Below, in pieces: positions 51,270-63,572 of a DNA stretch of 64,000 nucleotides (position 1 is the first letter of the stretch; each line of letters opens with the position of its first letter). The notes beneath the pieces were generated by a model. It was not told the DNA's origin. It saw nothing but the letters and a program-made list of their open reading frames with translations, and did no database searches. The stretch is from Bispira polyomma (taxonomy: Eukaryota). The DNA lies in the NCBI GenBank assembly GCA_965649765.1, contig OZ287752.1:47182001-47246000 (forward strand). Direction: 5' to 3'. Both the position numbers and the translations under genes were made by a program.

Positions 51270-51818
51270 CTGTACCTCTAGAAGAAATGCAGCCACCATT
51301 TAAGACTTGTTTGTGTCAAAGTGACATCATTTTCATAAAGGGGGAGTCGATTATGACGTTCTGTGATGTTACTGTGACGTTTCATGGCGTTTCGTGATAA
51401 TGTTGGTACTTTTACACATGGAGCGGGGGCAAAAACGGAGCCTTTACTGGTAGGATATTACTACCTACTACTACGTAGAGCTACTGACTTCTCATTACCG
51501 GTGCATTCTGCTTCGTTCTGCTACTTTCTTGCTACCTACTACTATGTAGAGCTACTTACTGATACATCTATGCTACTTTCAGAAACGTTCAGGGACGAAC
51601 AGAGAAACGGGGATAAACGGGAGCTGTGACACAATTTTTTGAAACAGTTTGAAACAATCGTCACAGCAGACAAAACGGAGATGTTTCAGGGACAACGTCA
51701 AGTTCTGTCAAGAGTTCAGCTTCAGAGCTGTCCACCCACGGAACATTTGTTCAAGTTCTGACATGTTCTCAGAATGGGACAGAGCGGGACAGAGAACGTG
51801 GATAGTGCGAACCCCACA
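51270..51818. mobile_element. Second, diverged member of the Harbinger-type MITE family (left end eroded)
   Basis: It shares collinear blocks with 46331-46923 (aaagtgac.tcatt..cataaagg, gtgacgtttcatg, aatgttggtactt, ctacctactactacgtagagcta, tctatgctactttc.gaaacgttc, aaacagtttgaaaca). It ends in gaacgtg...aca|TAA. Confidence 0.78.
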
Positions 51819-54731
51819 TAACGTGGATTTCTCAAGTTTACACAATGTACTCATATATGTAAATAAGATCATATTTGCTAATGGCTTATGTTGTGGCTTA
51901 CGCATATTGGTTTTGGTCACACCAAATGTTGCTTGTGTGTTTGATGTATTTAGTATAGTTTATTTATGTTTTAATTTTACCACGTAAAATACCATTGACA
52001 TCTTGGTCTTTTTTTGGACCAGCCATAATAATACAGTTAAGTCAGATACATCAATATTATTATACAAACATCAAGATTACTATATTGTACATATATATGT
52101 AGACAATAAAACCTCATATTGCAAGATTGCACAAATACAACAATTTGAATCGAATATGACCAATGTGACTGGGTAATAGCCTAGATGAACTCTTTGTAAA
52201 ATGCTCAGTGTATGCCACACCACTTTACATAAACTTATAAGGTTTCTATTATAGTTTAAATCTTAATAATGCAAAATGCAACAATACAGAAATGTGTCAT
52301 GGTCAAATATCTATCCATGTAAATAAATATGTCTCGCTAGCAAATAAGTCAAGACGGCCAAAAATATTAAGGCCATAACTTCATAGTCAAACAAAAGTTA
52401 CCATTATCAAAATGCATTCCCCCAAAATAAGTGCTTAAGTAGTATAGCTTGTCCTAGTCTGGATTAAGTTAAATAGCTAGGACAGAAAAACTGCAATGTA
52501 CTAATTGTGATATATTGCACACTTGCAACTTATCACAGTAAAAAACATTTATGTGACAATCAGCCAAAACCGCAGAAGTTAAATTTTATCTTATATTTTT
52601 AATCTTTGCCTGTAACCCCCAACTATAGTAATAATAAAAAAATGGTCAATACATTTCTCCATTATTACTCATGCTTCAGCAAAGCCAGAAATCTTTTTAA
52701 ACCGATTGATATACCGCTATAGAAATGTATGTGAGTATGAGAGAAGTTTATGTCCACTGATACATCACCAGCCATTATAACCCTATAGCCATTCAATTGT
52801 CACTATCTAATACATAGATAGTACCTCATACACAATGCACTAAAAACAAATCCCCGTTAGACCTAACCTGGAGTTATATCAAAGTTTCAACAAAGAAAAG
52901 AATGGATAAAGGAATCAATTGTCCTAGAAAAGAAGAGGTGAATTTTCGGGTGATGAAGCAGGCAGCATGCTCGCAAATGTAAGGTTCACACTCCTGTCAT
53001 ATTGAACCACAGCTACTATTGTCAACTGACCACCAGTTTTATTGATTATAACTGCTTGGACGGTTATGTTTTCACCAATGTCTGTTGGTTGGTTGGTGTT
53101 CTTGAAAACATGATTACACACAAACTGTTAATACAATTTCCATGAAGTTTGGTGGAGAGATGGCCTAAGGAATGATCTAGTAAATTTAAAATTAGATCCA
53201 GGCTGTGTTTGATGTAGGGCATTTACACAATCTACTTAGTGAATGAAAATATTATGTGCATGATAAAACTGATGTATGTTATGAATGGTGTTCACAAATA
53301 TTTAATCATAATATAAATTTCCATTAAAAGTGTCTACTTACTATCGCTGAGTTGAACATTGATCTGTTGTAGTTGTTGAGACACATTACTCCAATGACTA
53401 CACAATGTACATAGCATGTCTATATGTCAGATGTTTACAAGCTAGGGTATTCATCCTTGACCTCGTTTTACTGGCCAATTGAAGCATGTAAATGTGTCAT
53501 GTGCTGAATTTACTAAACATGTTACCCTCCACCAGTTGCATGATATCAATCACAAATGAGCGGAGCAAATAAGTGACTGATATATGTCAGAGTAGTTCTA
53601 CCAGTGGCAATGTGATGTCATAATGTCAACGGTTCTATATCTATTCTATTTCTTCTTGTTCAGTAGATAAGGTGTGCATTCATTGTGACACGGTTGTATG
53701 GTATTGTAACATGACACAAGGACGACATTGTAATATGGTACATAAATATGGTACATAAAGAAGAATGAAACCCCACCTCTAGAAACCATTGAAAGACAAG
53801 CGATTAAACAGATCTTTGACCAAATAGCTACTTCTGAAGTACTAACAAACTATGTGAATACATTGAGTGTGGGCGCCCAGTCAGCATATTTTTGTATGAG
53901 TGATGTCAGTGTGGTGTTATCGGTTCCGGTCATGAGAGCCAGTGTTCACAGTGTAGTGTGTATTAATCCCAAAGTATTCACACAATTGTCCTGCTCTCCA
54001 CATGCCAGTCATAGAACAGTTTTAATCATTGCCGCTGGCCCCAGTTCATTTCCCCTCACTCCCTAACTCCTCAACCTTCCTAGGTTTCGTGACAACTAAC
54101 GGGCCACGTAAGGATTCTGTTTTGCCAAAACACTGGCTTTTTACCTACGAGTTCCTTTTTTTGTGATAACTTTTCCCTTGAACTCCACTGTCTAATTGTA
54201 AATCAGACTTGTTTTTAAACTGCCTAGTTTTGATGTAATGTTCACCACAAACTACTGCAAGAAATGCCCAAATTACAATAATGTTATTACACATTACTTG
54301 TGGTGATGTGATTGTATGTGAAACTCGACCATGTGCTGATGTAACCAAATGCCGGAGAAGAAATCTTTTTAAAAGCTTTCAATTTGTGAGCAGCCTACAC
54401 TAAGAACGTCTGCAGAGTTACAGTTGTCCTGCAGCACGGATTGTGTGTAGAAGTCTTAGACTACACACAAACAGAGTGGCCCAGCACAACCTAATAAAGC
54501 CCTGCATCTTAGAGCTCGCTAATGGCTTGAAATGCCCCACCACTGTACCATGCACAGCCCCATTCTTTATTACCCTTTGGTCTCAGAGCAGTGTTACAAA
54601 CACAAAACTTCTAATGGACTGGAAAATCTTTTCTACAAAACTTTTAAACAAAACACTTCCAGCTTTTAACCTTAAACCTTTTCTAAATGTGGGGCTATTG
54701 CTTATTCAATATATGTATATCTATTTTTATA

Positions 54732-56769
54732 ATAAACTAGACCTAGCGCATCGGAGAACCGATGCATATTTGTATTCACCAAAAACACAAAGCTCCCGCG
54801 GTAGCAAGCACTCTAGCTAGCACCCAAGTTACAAGCCTATGATTTCCTATAGTGCATTTATGCTAAAGCCTTAAATGGCACAAGTGGGTTTGACATTGCA
54901 AACCTGTGGGACCAATAATAAGTCTGTGATAGGAACTTTAAAGTTTGGCGTACCCATTTGACCTTGCACGAGGGATGCAAGGTTAAATGTGACCAAAAGA
55001 TCAGCAGCCTATGATTTCCTGTAGGTTGGTTTCACATCCCAAACCTCTACGACCATGATTTTCTTAGGTTGGTTTGACATTCCAAATCAAGCACTTTTAA
55101 AATTGGCTACACTTATTTGATCTTCTAGGAGGGGCCCAAGGTCAAACCTGACCACATCAAAAGACTCCTAGCCCATGATTTCATATAGGTTGGTTTCACA
55201 TCCCAAAACTGTAGAACCAATATTAAGCGAGTTATAAGCACTTGTAAGTTTGGCTACCTTCATCTAACCTTGAAGGAGGGGCCCAAGGTCAAATCTGACC
55301 ATATTAGAAGATTCCCAGCCCATGATTACCTATAAGTTGGTTTCAAACTGTGCACCCTTTATTTTGCATGCATACTGTTGTATATCCCATGATTACCTAT
55401 GAGTTGGTTTCAAACTGTGCATCCTTTATTTTGCATGCATAATGTTCTATATCCATTATGTAGTGTGTTTGTAAACAAACTCTGTACATACACACAAAAG
55501 CAACAATTGATGATGTCACAAACCCAATACTATGACATCACAAACGATAACTCACATTGACATCATTCAGTGCATGTGTTGTCTAGGGACTTGCAAAATG
55601 TTATTGCCTATCAACAAATGACATTCAAATCATTTGAGCACAGTCAGGCATACAGTGCAGATGTGTAGGGGAATAAGAACTGATACTTTGCCACATTTTA
55701 AATCATATTCACTATAAGGTGGTTTCACATTGCAAACCTGTAGGACCAATAATAAGCGAGTTATAAGCTCTTTTAAGTTTGGCTATCCTCGTTTGATCTT
55801 GAAGGAGGGGCCCAAGGTCAAACCTGACCACATCAAAAGACTCCTAGCCCATGATTTCCTATAGGTTGGTGTCACATCTCAAAACTGTAGGACTAATAAT
55901 AAGCGAGTTATAAGCACTTTTAAGTTTAACTACCCTCGTCTGACCTCAAAGGAGGGGCCCAAGGTCAAATCTGACCACATCAGAAGAGTCCTAGCCCATG
56001 ATTTTTTATAGGTTGGTTTCACATCTTAAAACTGTAGGACCAATAATAAGCAAGTTATAGGCACCTTTAAGTTTGGCTATCCTCGTTTGACCTTGAAGGA
56101 GGGGCCCAAGGTCAAACCTGACCACATCAGAAGACTCTCAGCCCATGATTTCCTATCGGTTGGTTTTACATCTCAAAACGGTAGGACCAATAATAAGTGA
56201 GTTCTAAGCACTTTTAAGTTTAACTACCCACGTCTGACCTTGATGGAGGGGCCCAAGGACAAACCTGACCACATCGGAAGATTCCCAGACCATGATTTCC
56301 TATAGGTTGACTTCATACACCAAATCTCTAAGACCAATAATAAGGGAGATATAGGCACTTTTAAAGTCTGCTATGTGGGTTACTTTGGCACCCCATGGAT
56401 GACCTTAAATGAACTCTGTGGATGACCTTGAATGAAGAGCTTCAAGGGCAAATGTCTGCATGCTTGTAGAGGACATATATATCTGTTATACATATCACCT
56501 ATGAAGAGATTTAATCTTTTAGTTACGAGAACCAGCCAGTAGAAAAAAAGTAGATAATTTTCAAAAAAATGCCCATGGCGGCCATCTTGTTTTTCAGAAT
56601 GAGGCTTATTTCAGTCGCAGAGATGCTTACCTCCCAATAAAGATATCCTGCAAATTTGGCCAAGCTAGCTAGTCTAGTTTTCCGCTGAGAGTGTTAACCG
56701 TAAAAATCTCGGCAGCGGCGGCATAGCGAACGCTAAACCAAAGTATCCAACTTGGTGGATACAATAAAA
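54732..56769 (-). mobile_element. Non-autonomous Helentron (HINE-like) with internal 147-bp tandem repeats
   Basis: Subterminal inverted repeats tgtattcaccaa (54771-54782) and ttggtggataca (56752-56763) match at 11/12. There is an adjacent inverted copy gtatccaa (56743-56750), a short GCC-type microsatellite (56710-56722), and a terminal stem-loop gcatcgg-agaa-ccgatgc (54748-54765) followed on the minus strand by CTAG and a T-run. The 147-bp period shows at 55811, 55958, 56105 and 56252. Confidence 0.82.
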
Positions 56770-57013
56770 GGCCAGTTGTGATCATGCAGACACAGTAGTT
56801 CTATGGTAAATAAGTAAAACTAGTGGATTAATATATCTAAAAGGGTTTTCAGTAAACCCAAGGAAAACACCTTTGTATAGCCAATCAATTGTTGTTGTCT
56901 GGATGAACATAACGATTTTGGGTGTACAATCATGATTCTGTGTAACAATTGTTCCCTTGCTATCTTGACTTTCCCCAGAGTGCTCAAGCCACTAAGCCAC
57001 TTGTAAACATAGT

Positions 57014-57187
57014 TGACTGACACCTACCTGACACATGACTGACACATAACTGACACATGACTGACACAGGACTGTCACTGGGATGAAACATGATTGACAC
57101 ATGGCTGACACATGATTGACAGAGGTCAGACACAGGGATGTCACTGGGATCACACATGACTGACAAAGGTTAGACAAAGGTCAGACA
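57014..57187. repeat. Degenerate short-unit repeat (tgacacatgac)
   Basis: Repeated 11-bp core with insertions. Confidence 0.75.
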
Positions 57188-57398
57188 TCGAGGTAATTCG
57201 TGGGAATTTTGCCCTGACATGTGTCGAAAAGTCCGCGAAAATATGCGTCACCTGATTATACCCGTGTTGGTTAACAACTGAAAAAAAATTTTTTACATTG
57301 CGATAAATCAGCCAGATTGGTCGCCAAAACCAAAGATGTCAGCCGATATGACCTAAAAAATAAGTCGTAGCCAGATCACAACCTATTTTTTGTACCCA

Positions 57399-58795
57399 AG
57401 GTGGGGCACAGGGTACAGAAACAAACCACCTGATTCAGGACACCACTGGCCCCTGGACTGAAGATAGATACCACTATAAGGCATTTGGCAACTGGGGAGT
57501 CATACCATCACTGCAGTACTCTTTGTAGGGGCAGGTCAAGCATCACCAAGTTCGTGCCATAGGTTTGCCAGGCCACCATAGATGGATTACTGTCCTGCCC
57601 CACTAGCCCAGAGGACTGGAATAATGTTGAGTTTGTCTTCAGGAACACATAGAATCTATGTGTTCCTGAGGGGGCCATAGATGGGAAACATATTACCATT
57701 TGATGTCCAAGAAAAGGGGGCAGTGAATATTTGGCCTTGGTCGAGGCAGAGTTTAGGTTCCTGTGGGTCGGCCTGGCATCTAGTGGGTCCTGCGTAGATT
57801 CCCAGATATTCAATAGGTCAGAACTGAAGGAGAAGATAGAAGAAGATAGATAGAAGATCAACCTCGCCCTCCTGAAGCCATAAGCCCTAGCCTGTGTCGT
57901 CATACACAATATTTTGAGAACCACTACTATAAACCAGGCAATACAGCACCAAAATCCAGAAGAGGACCCACCCATCCAACAAAAAGCACTTGTAGAAGAT
58001 AATCACCCACATCAAGGGGTTACCGCCAAGACATCTTAAATCCGTTTATCGTAGTTCGGAGATAATCACATTTTTGTTTCTGAAGATGTGAATTATTATT
58101 TTGAATTGCTTTATTTATTTTTATAGTATCGGAATCTGGGCAGCATCTTTGCAAATCAAAATGGTAAAATATGCTATAAAATAAGTTTTATATGGTATTT
58201 TATATTCAAGATGGTATGGCATATGAATATACAATATAAATTTGATGCCAAAATGTCCAAAAGGCAAATATGACATTTTGGCTTTAATATCGGAATTTAA
58301 AAAAGCATAATCTTTATGCCAAAGATATTATACGCAAAATACTACCTTTTGGTATTGACAAAAATAAATGTTGTAATACAAGTAAAGTCATACCAAAAGG
58401 TTGTATATGTAAATAAGACATTTTGGCATAAAAAACAATGAACTATATCCTAAATTTATATGGCTTAAAAGGCAGTATATATATTTACTGCCTTTTACTG
58501 CATTATAATTTTTCAGTTAAGTCCTTTTGACTTTAAAATTAGGCTCAATTTTTTCTTATGAGGTTTTAGTTCTAATTAATAAAATTAATTAGCATCAAGA
58601 TCGAGCAATATAATCTATATCAAAATTAATATACTCAGTAAAATAACAACAAAAAGTGACTTTCACAAAAAAACAGCACTTAAGATGTTTTGGTGATAAC
58701 CCCTTGAAATGGCAATAGGAATCCTAGCAGGACCGCCAAGGGACAGAGATATATACTCATGGGTTACTTCTAGAAATAGGGGGCAGTTCCTTAGA
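57399..58795 (+). pseudogene. PIF/Harbinger transposase pseudogene (DDE_Tnp_4/HARBI1-like), internally deleted and interrupted by a nested element
   Basis: The plus strand reads FRTPLAPGLK..TIRHLATGESY, GRSSITKFVP*VCQA, CPTSPEDW, GAIDGKHITI*CPRKGGSEY (from 57671), LALVEAEFRFLWV..SGSCVDSQIFNRSELKEKIE and ALACVVIHNILR. After the insertion it continues GNRNPSRTAKGQRYILMGYF*K*GAVP*. Non-coding element sequence probably extends over about 57190-59250. Confidence 0.9.
58016..58703. mobile_element. Non-autonomous TIR element (688 bp, Kolobok-like termini) nested in the Harbinger pseudogene
   Basis: TIR GGGGTTACCGCCAAGACATCTTAA matches the reverse complement of the right end (GGGGTTATCACCAAAACATCTTAA) at 21/24. 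It is flanked by TCAA and TTGA, each one mismatch from TTAA. Removing it plus one 4-mer restores the transposase frame. The superfamily call is inference. Confidence 0.8.
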
Positions 58796-61725
58796 AGAAT
58801 GACTGAGTATGAACCCTACCCCGAGCCTGCCTTGTACTCCCACAAATAACTTAACTCACATACACACAAAAATTAAAACTACTTGCCCCCTACCATGTTA
58901 TCCTTTCACTCGGGCCGTTGTAACAACCTATCTTTTGTCTCCCCCGAGTTATCTTTTCACCCGGAGCCTTTCTAATGTTATGACCCAAACCTATCGTTAC
59001 AGATAGGAAGATAAGCCAGGATGTGGATAGATGAATTTTCTAGTGATTTGGGTCTTGGAAGGGGAAAAAATAAGTCGTTGGATAGAAAAATAAGTCGTTG
59101 GAAGGTTACAAGTGACCCCGAGTGGCCATGACTTATCAGCTGATGATCACTCACTCGCAAAGGTTTGAAAACCTGGCCGAAGCACCTCTAGTGTCCTGAT
59201 ACCAAAGATCAGTCTTATGACCTCCCCGATTATGTCCCGGAGTATGGCCCCAATCATAATCATAATGGTTGGGGCCTTCAATCGGCATGGTGGAAAAGGG
59301 ATATAAAGAGCTGACACAGGACTGATATATGGCAGAGTCTGAGCTGACTTTGGGCTGTAAGAATCTCATCAGTCCAGTGATCACACAGAATAACTGTAGA
59401 GATAAGTAGTATTCAGTTCATCTTAACCAGATCTCTCAGATGATCTCAACCAAAGGCCTGTCATAATATTCACTTAAACTACAGTGTAGTCTTTATCCAT
59501 AAGTACGCTGGTCGTTGTGTGTTTGCTGCAGCTGGTAAAGCTAATTACCTCAAATAGCTGCACTGACTACAGATCTGGACAGGCTGACAAAATGGTACGT
59601 CCATAATAGTGGGAACACAAACATGCTCCTATCAAGTTTGAGATCTGTTTCGTGTGTACAGATCAGAAACAGACGAATAAAAAAATATGTTAGTATTTCT
59701 TAAAAAGCATTGCTGGCGTAGATTTGAAATAGAAGTTTGGCGCAAAGTCAAGTTATTGTCTGCTTGTGGGCCTGTTGGTTTCTTATGTATGTTTACAGTG
59801 TTAGATTATTTCCAACCAATGTAAACCGGTAATTGCTGACGTCACAGGGGTGGGCAGAAGACTATTTGTATGTGTCTCAATCTGGCCATTAGTCCACTGG
59901 TGAAGCAGATAGCAATATCTTGAGCTATTTAACGACTGGTTAGGGCTGTAATTCTCCTGCTCTAACCCTGGCTCACTCTTAGGACATAAATCTAATCTAA
60001 CCTGCCAAATGACTGCCATCACCAGTATTCTTAGAAAAGATAAGGGGCACAACAAACTGCTATGATGCGAATCTTAAACTAGCGTCATAGTTTACTTCTT
60101 AAAAGTTTAGGAAGAGATATACAAATTTATTATGAAAACGTGTTTTTTTAATAACCTACTTTTTTCAACCTTTGTGGTATGTGAAATATCAACAGCCCCA
60201 GGAATAACACTTGAACATCTCTGGACTGATGAGATTCTTATTGCTTCATATTCCTCTTTGCTTTCCCGTAAAAAGGAAAAGTCTCCCTTGCAAGAATGTC
60301 TGATACCAGTTCAATGACAGCAATTTAAACCCTTTCTACTTCAGTGTGTACAATATTGAATAGTTCCCTTCCCCCAACACTCCATCCTTCTGTTTGGTCA
60401 ACTCACGTGTAGTGTGTAGTTTTATCAAAGTTGAGTGTTAATGCAGAGGTCCTGGTTAATGAGTTCATTGTTGGTTTTCAGGGGTTTATCTTGAAGTTAT
60501 TGTCAAAGTGGGGACTGACCGTTCTCACTCACCAGCGCTGTGTTAGACTTGTAACCAGATAACACAGCCATGTTATAACACACCAGTGTACAGACATGTT
60601 ATAACTAGATAACACACCAGTGTGCAGACATGTTATAGCTAGATAACTCAAACTAAAATAGCTCATATGCACTTTCATAAATTTATAAAAGTCAAAATAT
60701 ATGAAGCTCAAAGTTTAAGAATGTAATATTCCCTATACAAATGACCGTAACATAACAAAATAAGCATGGAATGGAATCGATGAACTGCCATTTAAGGTTA
60801 TATAACAACGGTCACTTTTTTGTTCGGGGGAAACTGGTCCTATAAAAACCTGTATATTTGCATTGTGAACACTAACATACAGCAAGTATCTGGTATTGTT
60901 AGTTACACCAAGGAAGCAGTGGGATTCGAACCAGGGTGCTTTCCTCCACCAATAGATCTGGTCATCTTGATATGACCCAAGCTGTTGGAAGTAAAACCAA
61001 ATATATTTAAAATTTCAGATACATTTGTTTACACGGAAAAAATAGTTTAGGTTGTATCTTATTTCATAGAGAGAAATTGTTTTCAGAAGATGACTTTGTG
61101 TTTGATATCTTACTGTGAAAGAATAGAGATGTTGCACATGTTTGGATAGAATCAGATCAATACCATGATGTATTGATAGTCTGTGGTAAACCTGATGTTC
61201 AGTGGAAGACCTCTTACTGTTTTAATCAAAAACCCTCAATGAGATTTCCTGTGATATATGGACCAATCTATAAAAAAATGATTTGTGATATGTTACAATG
61301 TATGTTTAACCAAGGGAATTAAGGGTAATGAACAGTTCTGTTCCGTTTTTAAAATAAAGAAAAATAGCATATTGCAGCTAATTTAAAATGTTGCCATTTA
61401 ATTTGTACATTTGGCACAGATGTGCAGTTAAATGGGTTTTCCTGTGGATTTTTATATATTAAACTCCTCAACAAATACAGAGTTAAACTGATGACTTTCT
61501 TCAATCCCACATATGTTGATTTATTTTGACAGAATTAGGTGCAATAATATCGATTTAAAGTAATAAAAGTAAGTGATATCAGATTGACACAATGACTTCG
61601 AACTGTCACATGTGACCAGTGACTGTCTACACACATCTATCTCAACCATCCGACCATGTAATTGATTGGAAGTGAAACAAGAACAACAACAAAAACATGA
61701 CAGTTAAATTGTTAACTTACCGTGT

Positions 61726-61925
61726 GTGTTGTGGGTATTATCACCAGTCTGTGTTGTGGGTATTATCACCAGACTATGTTGTGGGTATTATCACCAATCT
61801 GTGTTGTGGGTATTATCACCAGACTATGTTGTGGGTATTATCACCAGTCTGTGTTGTGGGTATTATCACCAGACTATGTTGTGGGTATTATCACCAGTCT
61901 GTGCTGTGGGTATTATCACCAGACC
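61726..61925. repeat. 25-bp tandem array, 8 units, alternating as a 50-bp dimer
   Basis: gtgttgtgggtattatcaccagact alternates with atgttgtgggtattatcaccagtct. Confidence 0.93.
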
Positions 61926-62269
61926 TCCTTCCTATCATGTTAAGCAGTAGCTATTTTCGACAAATGCCTCTATGGTTTCAACAATGAGCCTGTGTAGATC
62001 AAGCAGACACAAGTAGAGGGTAATTGTGTTTTGTATTTGGTGGTGTTTGGCTGTTGTCCCTACACAGTTTACAAATAGGCCGATAGCCTGGCGTCCGCCT
62101 CTGCACCGACCAATGTGATTAGTGAGCAGACCTGCTCCATTAGAAAGAACAAAGACAACCCAGTTTGCACAAATTGTAGGACAATAAACTCCACCAGCTA
62201 GCTGTCTTAAATAGTAGTGGCAATGTAGTCATATAGAGGGTCTCAGTGGGAAGTCCAGTATTTTAGGTA

Positions 62270-63572
62270 AAAGTTAGTGCCACTCCACAGTGTTCACTTG
62301 ATAAAGTACATATATAAAAGAGTTAGTTCAACTGCACTGTGTTCACTTGATAAGGTATATGTATTAAAGAGTTAGTTCCACTCCACTGTGTACACTTGAC
62401 AAAGTACATGTATTAAAGAGTTAGTTCCACTCCACTGTGTTCACTTGACAAAGTACATGTATTAAAGAGTTAGTTCCACTGCACTGTGTTCACTTGATAA
62501 GGTATATGTATTAAAGAGTTAGTTTCACTCCACTGTGTACACTTGACAAAGTACATGTATTAAAGAGTTAGTTCCACTCCACTGTGTACACTTGACAAAG
62601 TACATGTATTAAAGAGTTAGTTCTACTGCACTGTGTTCACTTGATAAAGTACATATATAAAAGAGTTAGTTCAACTGCACTGTGTTCACTTGATAAGGTA
62701 CATGTATTAAAGAGTTAGTTCCACTCCACTGTGTACACTTGACAAAGTACATGTATTAAAGAGTTAGTTCCACTCCACTGTGTACACTTGATAAAGTACA
62801 TGTTTTAAAGAGTTAGTTCTATTGCACTGTGTTCACTTGATAAAGTACATGTATTAAAGAGTTAGTTCTACTGCACTGTGTTCACTTGATAAGGTACATG
62901 TATTAAAGAGTTAGTTTCACTCCACTGTGTACACTTGACAAAGTACATGTATTAAAAAGTTAGTTCCACTCCACTGTGTACACTTGACAAAGTACATGTA
63001 TTAAAGAGTTAGTTCCACTGCACTGTGTTCACTTGACAAAGTACATGTATTAAAGAGTTAGTTCCACTGCACTGTGTTCACTTGATAAGGTACATGTATT
63101 AAAGAGTTAGTTTCACTCCACTGTGTACACTTGACAAAGTACATGTATTAAAGAGTTAGTTCCACTCCACTGTGTACACTTGACAAAGTACATGTATTAA
63201 AGAGTTAGTTCTACTGCACTGTGTTCACTTGATAAAGTACATGTATTAAAGAGTTAGTTCTACTGCACTGTGTTCACTTGATAAAGTACATGTATTAAAG
63301 AGTTAGTTCTACTGCACTGTGTTCACTTGATAAGGTACATGTATTAAAGAGTTAGTTTCACTCCACTGTGTACACTTGACAAAGTACATGTATTAAAGAG
63401 TTAGTTCCACTCCACTGTGTACACTTGACAAAGTACATGTATTAAAGAGTTAGTTCCACTGCACTGTGTTCACTTGATAAAGTACATGTATTAAAGAGTT
63501 AGTTCCACTGCACTGTGTTCACTTGATAAAGTACATGTATTAAAGAGTTAGTTCCACCCACAATGTACACTT
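62270..63572. repeat. 49-bp tandem array, about 26 units
   Basis: aaagagttagttccactccactgtgtacacttgacaaagtacatgtatt, with the period seen at 62321, 62370 and 62419. Confidence 0.95.

Noticed and set aside
57508-57975. 155-aa minus-strand ORF
   Set aside because: It is antisense to the Harbinger transposase pseudogene, whose motifs are on the plus strand.
60910-60990. tRNA-like B-box (GGTTCGAATCCCACTGC on the minus strand)
   Set aside because: There is no A-box at proper spacing and no cloverleaf; at most a SINE or tRNA relic.
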